Shown piece by piece: positions 9,593 to 17,507 of a DNA stretch of 64,000 nt (its first letter is position 1; each line of letters opens with the position of its first letter). The translations under genes and the position numbers were made by a program. Source of the stretch: Erysipelothrix sp. Lineage in GTDB: Bacteria; Bacillota_I; Bacilli_A; Erysipelotrichales; Erysipelotrichaceae. The stretch spans positions 5,218 to 69,217 of the forward strand of contig JAAZDW010000021.1 of NCBI GenBank assembly GCA_012512595.1. The letters are read 5' to 3'. The notes below the pieces were generated by a model. The model worked only from the letters and a program-made list of their open reading frames with translations. It did not search any database and was not told the origin of the DNA.

Positions 9593-11137
9593 CTATGGAA
9601 GCAACATTTTCTTACGTAGCAATATTTCTTTTCTAATAGTTGTACTTGCTGTTCCATAATAGAGGGCATATGAAGTTTTTGTTTCTATTACCCGGGAAAT
9701 ATTTGAACTTTCTAAACGTTCATAATTAAACAACTGTGGACGGGATAATTCAACATCAATCCTAAATGGACTTGAGTCAATTATCTCAATATTTTCTAGT
9801 CCCCCTACAACCTCTAAAACTTCCTCCACTAATGTTTCGATTTCAAATTTATTTATTAAACCTAACGATAAATATCTGTAATAGAATATTGTTGCCAGAT
9901 AATATATTACCGCTGTAATTAAGCCGATTATTATAAGTGAAATAATGGTGCCCCTCAAACTTGCTATTTGGAAATAGGACAGCAAGTCAATGCCTCCACC
10001 AAGCGATGCGCTAATTACTGTTCCCTCAAAGGCAAAACCAAGAAATAGATTTAAACCTTGCAATAAAGCAAACAAACTACTTACTATAAACAAATGGAAG
10101 AAATACAGCATTGGTGCCATCACTATTAGAAAAATTTCTATAGGTAGTGATATGTCTGAAATGAAAGCAAACATAATTACTATTATTGCTAAGCTTAAAT
10201 ATGAGCGTCGTTGCTTTTTGCTAGTAAAAGTACTGTATATACCCAATATAAAGCCCGGCAAGGCAAATAGGTTTATTATATAATAAGGCGTAATAAAACG
10301 ACCAAAGCCTGTATTTGTAATGCCTGTCTTTAATTGTTGTGTCCATATTGAAATATCTCCAACATAGTTTTCACCAAGGTCATTCATCCATGACCCGCCT
10401 TGTGATGTATACCAAAATGTTTGTCGATTAATATTAGACAAATCTAAAATTGAAAATATTCTATCAATAAACCCATATACAAAGGTACTTATAGGATTTG
10501 TTATATCATTACTTATCCAGGTAAACACCTTAAAGATGAACTCAATAAAGTACGGCCAAATAAAAGCGGTAGCTACCCCTGCTATTAAAGTAAAAAATAG
10601 AGTTGTTAGTAAACTAAGAACATCCTTATCAATGTATGGGATAAAGCCATACTTGGTTCTTGTTCTTGTTAATCTATAAGATAAATCTGCGACATATCCT
10701 ACTATAATTGCTCCCAAAAATCCTAAGCGGTATGGAAGTCTCAAAATGCTAGCATTATTAAATGTGTCAGAAGACAATCTAACATTCAAACCAAAAAGAT
10801 CATCATAAACAATCATAGGCATATTTGTTCTTCCGATGATCATTGTTATTGTCAAAAACAAAAAGTAGGATACAATAAACATTAATACTACTCTCTCACT
10901 ATTATGTTTTTTGCTTAGTATTTTAATAATGGTTAAAAATGGTAAATATTGAATGACTAAACCACTGAATTGTTTTGCAATCTGACTTAGGAATAATACC
11001 CAGGTAAAATTACTAGGTATAAGATTAACAACTGCCTGACTCAATATGGTGTTACTTAGCCCTCTTAAAAAAACCGTTATTAAAAGGATTATAAGTGGAA
11101 ATCTAATTGTCTCAAATTTTATTTTGAATTTTCCCAT
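9593..11137 (-). CDS. PTS glucose-family EIIC-EIIB-like membrane protein with degenerate catalytic motifs
   Basis: It is multi-TM. SDISLPIEIFLIVMAPMLYFFH aligns with the EIIC GITEPIEF..APxLY..H motif. The C-terminal GGLENIEIIDSSPFRIDV aligns with the EIIB GGKENI...DACITRLRV motif, with Ser in place of the phospho-Cys. The start was chosen at M10 (GAGAGGTG SD); the ORF track starts at 11164. Confidence 0.55.
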   Translation of the reverse strand: MGKFKIKFETIRFPLIILLITVFLRGLSNTILSQAVVNLIPSNFTWVLFLSQIAKQFSGLVIQYLPFLTIIKILSKKHNSERVVLMFIVSYFLFLTITMIIGRTNMPMIVYDDLFGLNVRLSSDTFNNASILRLPYRLGFLGAIIVGYVADLSYRLTRTRTKYGFIPYIDKDVLSLLTTLFFTLIAGVATAFIWPYFIEFIFKVFTWISNDITNPISTFVYGFIDRIFSILDLSNINRQTFWYTSQGGSWMNDLGENYVGDISIWTQQLKTGITNTGFGRFITPYYIINLFALPGFILGIYSTFTSKKQRRSYLSLAIIVIMFAFISDISLPIEIFLIVMAPMLYFFHLFIVSSLFALLQGLNLFLGFAFEGTVISASLGGGIDLLSYFQIASLRGTIISLIIIGLITAVIYYLATIFYYRYLSLGLINKFEIETLVEEVLEVVGGLENIEIIDSSPFRIDVELSRPQLFNYERLESSNISRVIETKTSYALYYGTASTTIRKEILLRKKMLLP

Positions 11138-11198
11138 ACATACACCTCTCAAATATGATACCATTAATACATAACACGTTCAATAAAGGAGGGTTATT

Positions 11199-11621
11199 TT
11201 GAAATTTATAATTGCAAAAAATCAAGTGGAAATTTTCACTGTAATATATATAAGAAAGCTAGTTTTTATGGATGAACAAAACGTTAGCGTAGATGAAGAA
11301 TTAGATTGTTTAGACTTTGAAGCTGACCATTTTTTATTAGAAGTCGATAATGAACACGTAGCAACAGCTAGGGTCTATTATGAAGCAGATAAAGCCACTA
11401 TAGGTAGAGTTGCCGTTTTAATAAGACACAGGAAAAAAGGGTATGCTAAATTTCTAATGGAAGAAACAATCAATTATATCAGGAATAAAGAAGCGTCGAC
11501 GATTCATATTGGAGCCCAGGTTCAGGCTTTAGGATTTTATGAAAAACTTGGTTTTGAAGTAATCGGTGATATTTACCTTGATGCTAATATCGAACATTAC
11601 CCTATGGAGTTGAAACTATGA
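11199..11621 (+). CDS. GNAT family N-acetyltransferase
   Basis: 140 aa with the acetyl-CoA motif RHRKKGYAKFLME. The TTG start sits 5 nt after AAGGAGGG. Confidence 0.8.
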   Translation: MKFIIAKNQVEIFTVIYIRKLVFMDEQNVSVDEELDCLDFEADHFLLEVDNEHVATARVYYEADKATIGRVAVLIRHRKKGYAKFLMEETINYIRNKEASTIHIGAQVQALGFYEKLGFEVIGDIYLDANIEHYPMELKL

Positions 11622-12808
11622 AGTTGTCCCCTAAGTTTGAGAAAAATAAGTTTAATATCGATTGGTTTTTAGTTGGAATATTTGCCTTGTTTTTAATTAT
11701 TAGTATCACTTCAATTCACTTAGCAACACCAATTGTAAGTAGAGTAACTGGCCTAGTTGTAAAGCAAATAATTTGGTATGTAACTGGATTCTCCCTAATG
11801 GCACTGCTTATTTATTTTGGAATTGAAAATCTCTATGATATTTTAATTTACGTTTATGCAGGCTTAATGATAGCTCTTGGACTTTTGTACTTAGATAGTT
11901 TTAGTTTTATTTCAGTACCTTTTGTTGAAATCACCAATAACACAAGAGCCTGGTTTGTCTTTCCGGGAATCGGAAATTTTCAGCCAAGTGAGTTTATGAA
12001 AGTTGTCTTACTTTTAATGACTGCTAACATTATAAGTAAACATAACAGTCAAAAAACTGAGGTCTCTTTCAAATCTGATATTACTTTATTTATAAATATT
12101 TTAAAGATAGCTCTGCCGCCGTTAATTCTGATTGTGCTACAACCTGATACAGGAATACCTTTAGTTATAATAATTAGTATTATGATAATGGTTGCGGTAA
12201 GCGGCATTAAACGAATTTGGATCTATGTTGGAGCTACATTAGGCATAGGACTCTTTGGTGGCTTTATTATTTTGTTTTATACAAACCAACAGTTTTTAAT
12301 TGAACTTTTTGGCTCTTCATTAAGACTTTCAAGATTCTATGGTTGGCTTGAAACAGAAAAGTATATTAGGTCTTATGGTAACCAATTATATGAAGGCTTG
12401 TTGGCAATTGGGTCTGCCGGTTGGTTTGGACACCCTTTAGGTCAAGGTATCGTTTGGTTTGCTGAACCGCAAAACGACTTTATCTTTGCTGTTATAGGTC
12501 AAAATTTTGGTTTTATAGGTACCAGTCTTGTAATTGTATTGTTTTTCATCTTCGATATTAAATTACTAATAATAGCTTTAAATAATGACAGTATGCGAGA
12601 TAAGATGATGGTTATTGGCTTGCTCGGTATGATTTTGTTTCAACAGGTTGAAAATATGGGAATGATTAGTGGATTATTACCAATCACAGGTATTACTCTA
12701 CCCTTTATTTCATATGGTGGTTCCTCTTTGTGGTCATATATGATTCCATTATCCGTAATATTCAGAATGTCTAGTGACAACATAAATAAAAAAGGTTCAT
12801 TAGTTTAA
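11618..12808 (+). CDS. SEDS family peptidoglycan polymerase (FtsW/RodA/SpoVE)
   Basis: 396 aa, about 10 TM helices. QPSEFMK, LQPDTG and the PFISYGGSS C-terminal motif are present. The ATGA overlaps the GNAT stop. Confidence 0.9.
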   Translation: MKLSPKFEKNKFNIDWFLVGIFALFLIISITSIHLATPIVSRVTGLVVKQIIWYVTGFSLMALLIYFGIENLYDILIYVYAGLMIALGLLYLDSFSFISVPFVEITNNTRAWFVFPGIGNFQPSEFMKVVLLLMTANIISKHNSQKTEVSFKSDITLFINILKIALPPLILIVLQPDTGIPLVIIISIMIMVAVSGIKRIWIYVGATLGIGLFGGFIILFYTNQQFLIELFGSSLRLSRFYGWLETEKYIRSYGNQLYEGLLAIGSAGWFGHPLGQGIVWFAEPQNDFIFAVIGQNFGFIGTSLVIVLFFIFDIKLLIIALNNDSMRDKMMVIGLLGMILFQQVENMGMISGLLPITGITLPFISYGGSSLWSYMIPLSVIFRMSSDNINKKGSLV

Positions 12809-12818
12809 CAAAGTATTT

Positions 12819-12855
12819 AAAAAGCTAGTTACTAACGATTCGTAACTAGCTTTTA
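12819..12855. terminator. Bidirectional terminator between the SEDS gene and nadK
   Basis: AGCTAGTTAC-(9 nt)-GTAACTAGCT is flanked by an A-run and a T-run. Confidence 0.7.
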
Positions 12856-12861
12856 ATTTGC

Positions 12862-13650
12862 TTAAAATAAAGATTTGATTCGGTGTGTATACTTTAAACC
12901 GTCTTTATATCTAGCAAAATTTATCTTTTTACTTTTTGAGAGGGAACAAAAGATATGTTTTGCATCGCTAATATTAACACTTAAGTGGTCATAACAAAGG
13001 ATGGCTTCTTTAAATGAGGGGCTAGCAAAATCTATCTCTGCATCATCAGCTAAAATTAATGGAACTTGTAATGATTGAAATAGTTTGTGATGAATCCCTG
13101 TAATTTCAGTCATTTGAAGTAATTCCAACTGGTCAGATATAACAGCTCCTTTTAGAGACCGATTATATCCTGTTGATCCTGGTTGAGTTGAAACACAGAT
13201 ACCTGTCCCTCTAAATGTTTCTAGAAAAACATGATTAATCCATACTTTCAATATTTGTGTTTTAATCACATTTTCAATTCTTATTTCATTCAGTGAGTAG
13301 TATATTTGGTTTTTATCATCATTATTAACTACTTTTGTTTTTAAAAGTCTTTTTGTACTTACCTTTGGTTTTTTATTTAATATAGAATGTATTAACATGT
13401 CAATTTCATCAACCTTAAAGTCTGCAAAAAATCCAAGCGTCCCGGTGTGTATTCCTACCATCAAAACATCAGATATTATCTCGATGTATTTATGTGCGGC
13501 TACTAAAAAGGTCCCGTCGCCACCAATAACGATTACTATCTCAGGGTTTTTATTGTCTCTCACTTTACCAGCTTCTAATAAAGCTTTTTCAACATATTTG
13601 CCAGTTTCAATTGATTTTTCATCTAGTCTATTTACTATTGTAAATTTCAT
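12862..13650 (-). CDS. nadK: NAD kinase
   Basis: It has the GGDGTFL motif and NEIRIEN. ATG at 13650 is preferred (GAGGT SD); the ORF track starts at GTG 13656. Confidence 0.9.
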   Translation of the reverse strand: MKFTIVNRLDEKSIETGKYVEKALLEAGKVRDNKNPEIVIVIGGDGTFLVAAHKYIEIISDVLMVGIHTGTLGFFADFKVDEIDMLIHSILNKKPKVSTKRLLKTKVVNNDDKNQIYYSLNEIRIENVIKTQILKVWINHVFLETFRGTGICVSTQPGSTGYNRSLKGAVISDQLELLQMTEITGIHHKLFQSLQVPLILADDAEIDFASPSFKEAILCYDHLSVNISDAKHIFCSLSKSKKINFARYKDGLKYTHRIKSLF

Positions 13651-13675
13651 TACCACACCTCATTCACTTTTGTTG

Positions 13676-14281
13676 TTAAATTTTATTTCTACCTTCCATC
13701 GCTTTTATGATGGTTAAATCATCTGCATAGCCTAAGTGACCACCTACAGGAAGTCCATGAGCTATTCTTGATACCGCGATTTTTCCTTCACCGACTTGAT
13801 TTATTAATTTAGATAAATAAAGTGATGTCGTGTCGCCTTCAATAGTTAAGTTTGTAGCTATGATAATTTCTGCTAGTTTAGGATCTGCGAGCCTTTTTTC
13901 TAAGTCTTTTATATTTAAATCGTCTGGTAAAATTCCTTTTGATGGTGATATTAGACCATTTAAAACATGATACAGGCCGTGATAGTTTTCAGTCTTTTCC
14001 ATTGCAATTACATCAGACACACTTTCAACGACACATATTAGAGAACTATCTCGCTTTTCATCTTCGCAAATAGAACAAAAATTGGTTTCGGAGAGATTTC
14101 CACAAATCTGACAATACTTAGTGTTGTTTTTTGCATTAATAATTGAATTGGATAACTCTGAGACTACATCAGAATCTAGGTCTATAATACGCAATGCAAA
14201 CCTTTCCGCTGTTTTTTGACCAACGCTAGGCAACACTTGTAAGTTTTCAATTAACTCTTGTAATGATTTTGGGTATACCAT
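13676..14281 (-). CDS. recR: Recombination protein RecR
   Basis: It has LPSVGQKTAERF (HhH), a C..C...C..C zinc finger and a Toprim region. The start at MVYPKSLQ (14281) has a GAGGAG SD that overlaps the dnaX stop. Confidence 0.9.
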   Translation of the reverse strand: MVYPKSLQELIENLQVLPSVGQKTAERFALRIIDLDSDVVSELSNSIINAKNNTKYCQICGNLSETNFCSICEDEKRDSSLICVVESVSDVIAMEKTENYHGLYHVLNGLISPSKGILPDDLNIKDLEKRLADPKLAEIIIATNLTIEGDTTSLYLSKLINQVGEGKIAVSRIAHGLPVGGHLGYADDLTIIKAMEGRNKI

Positions 14282-14285
14282 TATG

Positions 14286-16094
14286 TCACTCCTCAATAGT
14301 AAATCCGTCTTTGCCAAATACGGATTCAGCTTTACTTATAAGACTATCAACTATTAATTCCTTTGTCTCTTCCACTATCTCAACTTCGATTTTATCTGGT
14401 AATGTATTGTTAGCTGCTCTTGTTTTAAATTTTTCTATGATTTCTTGTGATTTTTCAGTTGTTATCGCAAACACCCTTAACTCTTCATTTAATTTTTCCT
14501 TTAAAAATTTAGTTAAGCCTATTTGATTAGAATCATCATTTAAATCAGTTGCTAAGTGATTATGCTCAACAACCGCGACTACATAATTATCTCCTATTGC
14601 TAGAATGCTGCTTTTACATAGTTTATAAGCATATTTCGCTACTTCTACATCATTACAGTAATTGACAATATTTTCCCAGTCTGTTTGGATACTGATTCTT
14701 TTTTCTTTATCTGCAAAAGTTAAAAGTGAAAGTAGTGTTTCATCATTCAAAACTATGTCTCGTTGTGGTTCTGTTTTATGAACGCCAATAACATCTATAT
14801 CTTCTTTATCGTCGTTTTTATCCATATCTGAATCATTTGAATCTAAATCTAGCTTTTTTACCTTTGTTTCTTCAGAAGTCGGTGTCAAATGTTTTTTAAA
14901 TTCTTCCTCAATATTAATTTTATCTACTACTTCTTTTTTGTAATTAGTGTTTTTAGTTGGTTTAGCTATAGTGACATCTTTTTGTGGCGAGATTTCTTCA
15001 GAAAATTTAGTTTTATTTTCAACAATACTTATCATTTTAATAAAGCCTAATTCCATGTAGGAAACTAAGTCTGATATATTCTTTTTTGCTGCATCAATAT
15101 CCATTAAAATATCAATCATCTGCAATAATTGTGAAGAGTTCACAACATTAAGGATTGATTCTACTTCTTCTTTTGATAGATTTTGTAGCAATTCGGTGGA
15201 CTTTGAATAACTATAAATAACTGTTTCCTTTAACGTGTTCACTAACTCAATATTAAATCTTTCAAGATCGTTTCCTTGGTTGCTTATTTTGTCTAATAGA
15301 GCTAGAGTTTCCTTCATTTTAAGTTTAAAAATATTATCTAGTAGTTCAAGTTTTTCTTCCTTTGTCACAATTCCATATATTCTTCTTACGTCTTCTACTG
15401 TTACTAGCTCAGGTGAGTATGCAACACTTTGTTCAAGAATACTAAGACTGTTTCTTACTCCACCATCAGCTAAATTACTAATTAGCTGAATCGCTTTTTT
15501 ATCATAGTCGATGTTTTCACCATTCAGAACTTTTACAATATTATCAAAAATATCAGATTCTTTAACTCTTGTAAAATCATATCGTTGACATCTTGAAATA
15601 ATCGTTGGGATAACTTTATGCGGTTCTGTAGTTGCTAAAATAAACACAACATGTGCTGGTGGTTCTTCAAGCGTTTTTAAAAGTGCATTGAAGGCCCCTA
15701 AAGACAACATGTGTACCTCATCAATAATATAAATTTTATATTTGCCTTTTAAAGGAGAATATTTAACTTTTTCTATTAAACTTCTTATTTCATCTACCCC
15801 ATTATTACTAGCCGCATCAATCTCAACTACATCGGGATGAATGTTATTTTTTGTATCGAGGCAATTCGAGCATTTATCACAAATAATTTGGTCTTTTGAC
15901 TCACAGTTTATTGCTTTTGCAAACAGTTTTGCCACACTCGTCTTCCCGTTTCCACTAGGACCAGTGAACAAATAAGCATGAGCTAGTCTATTTTGAGCTA
16001 AAGCATTGGTTAATGTTTGGACAATATGCTGTTGACCCGCAATATCATCAAATGTTGATGGCCTATATTTTCTATATAAAGCTGTATATGACAT
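14286..16094 (-). CDS. dnaX: DNA polymerase III subunit tau (gamma/tau)
   Basis: 602 aa. It has Walker A GPSGNGKTS, a Cys cluster CDKCSNC, DEVHML and an SRC motif. Confidence 0.95.
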   Translation of the reverse strand: MSYTALYRKYRPSTFDDIAGQQHIVQTLTNALAQNRLAHAYLFTGPSGNGKTSVAKLFAKAINCESKDQIICDKCSNCLDTKNNIHPDVVEIDAASNNGVDEIRSLIEKVKYSPLKGKYKIYIIDEVHMLSLGAFNALLKTLEEPPAHVVFILATTEPHKVIPTIISRCQRYDFTRVKESDIFDNIVKVLNGENIDYDKKAIQLISNLADGGVRNSLSILEQSVAYSPELVTVEDVRRIYGIVTKEEKLELLDNIFKLKMKETLALLDKISNQGNDLERFNIELVNTLKETVIYSYSKSTELLQNLSKEEVESILNVVNSSQLLQMIDILMDIDAAKKNISDLVSYMELGFIKMISIVENKTKFSEEISPQKDVTIAKPTKNTNYKKEVVDKINIEEEFKKHLTPTSEETKVKKLDLDSNDSDMDKNDDKEDIDVIGVHKTEPQRDIVLNDETLLSLLTFADKEKRISIQTDWENIVNYCNDVEVAKYAYKLCKSSILAIGDNYVVAVVEHNHLATDLNDDSNQIGLTKFLKEKLNEELRVFAITTEKSQEIIEKFKTRAANNTLPDKIEVEIVEETKELIVDSLISKAESVFGKDGFTIEE

Positions 16095-16127
16095 GTTTTC
16101 GCCTCCTTATTACATTATAACAAACAA

Positions 16128-17507
16128 CTAGTCATCTTTATTGAACACTTCTTTAATCTTTTTCTTTAATAAAGCATAGTGTCTATTCTTTGCTAAATCA
16201 AAATCTTCTTGCCTGTTTTCTGATGATAAAACAATCTTTTCTATTATTTCTCTAATGATAACCATTACATCATAAAGGTTTTCCTCATAAATAATTCTTA
16301 TAGTTTTTTGACTTATCAAGCAATCAGCCACTATTTCGTACAGTTCATCCCCTATCCCTTGGCAATCAATATTGGCCTCACACTTTTCCATTTGTTTTTT
16401 AAACCAGTTTGGGCTAAAAAGAATTTCTTTTATAAAATTATTAAATTTATTGAAAGTAATAACAACGTCATCATTCTCTAACATAAAAAGCATTGAAAAT
16501 AGGACATGCCAGTCAAAGTCTACATTCATTACACTTAAACAGTATTCCCCAAACTTTTCCAGAAAAGGATTCCCATTACTTATTTCTTCTTTAATTTTTA
16601 TAGGTACGGTGAAATCCATTTCTGAATGTGAAAGCAAATTTAGCTTCTCAAAGTAGGACATCATTACTATTTGAGGTTGATCCGACCTAACAAAATTTTC
16701 TATATAAATATATTGGCTTAATAGGGCACTTATTTTCTTTATGTTTGCCTCAATATCAATTGTTTCTTTTAATTTTACTGAAAACAAATCATTTATAGAT
16801 TTTCCTAAAAAGGATTTAAAACTCTTGTCATCCATTCCGACTGCTTGAGAATCAATCTGTGTCATTTGATCATAGACTTTTGTAAGTTGATAATCAATTG
16901 TCTCTAAATTTGATTTTATCGAGTGTAGTATTTCTTTCAAAAAGCTGTCAAATAACAAGTAGTTGTTATTTTTATAAATAACCTCATGCTCTATACCCGA
17001 CCAAAAGGTGTTTATTAGTGATTTGATTTGTAATTCAAAATTGATCTTTTTTCCATTTTGATAGCGATATCCATCAATTCTGTAGTCATCAAAACCATTT
17101 TTTTGTTTTTGAGGTTGTTCCATTCTCAAATTTAAATACATTGAAGGATCTTTTTTAGCTTGAAAGAAGTCTCCTTCTCCTTCTTTAAACTCTTCTTTTA
17201 TTAAATTAAGAAGTTTAACCTCATCATCCTTAAATCGGCATTCTAGGGTAACTCCAACAATATCAGAAAGGTTATTTAAGATATCTTCGGAACTTTGATA
17301 GTCCAAGTAATATTTTTTTCTTACTATTTTGCTTTTTAAACTGTCTTCTGTCTTTACCCTCGATGTATTACCTATGTAATTTTCATTGTTTTCAACTAAA
17401 TTTACTAAAAAATCAACAATACTTCTTTCGGCTTGTTCATATTGTTTTCTGTTTTGTTTCAGCAAGCTAGCTGCTTCATCTACTAATTTAAATAATTTCA
17501 ATGTCAA
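16128..17507 (-). CDS. RelA/SpoT synthetase-domain (small-alarmone-synthetase-like) protein with a ~260-aa uncharacterised C-terminal region
   Basis: The motifs SRVKTEDSLKSKIVRK, DIVGVTLECRF, NGFDDYRIDGY and FELQIKSLINTFWSGIEHEVIYK are in the order found in RelQ/SasA. There is no HD/TGS/ACT region. The start is TTG (17507, or 17501) behind AAAGGAGGG. The 5' end overlaps ribF. Confidence 0.7.
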   Translation of the reverse strand: MTLKLFKLVDEAASLLKQNRKQYEQAERSIVDFLVNLVENNENYIGNTSRVKTEDSLKSKIVRKKYYLDYQSSEDILNNLSDIVGVTLECRFKDDEVKLLNLIKEEFKEGEGDFFQAKKDPSMYLNLRMEQPQKQKNGFDDYRIDGYRYQNGKKINFELQIKSLINTFWSGIEHEVIYKNNNYLLFDSFLKEILHSIKSNLETIDYQLTKVYDQMTQIDSQAVGMDDKSFKSFLGKSINDLFSVKLKETIDIEANIKKISALLSQYIYIENFVRSDQPQIVMMSYFEKLNLLSHSEMDFTVPIKIKEEISNGNPFLEKFGEYCLSVMNVDFDWHVLFSMLFMLENDDVVITFNKFNNFIKEILFSPNWFKKQMEKCEANIDCQGIGDELYEIVADCLISQKTIRIIYEENLYDVMVIIREIIEKIVLSSENRQEDFDLAKNRHYALLKKKIKEVFNKDD

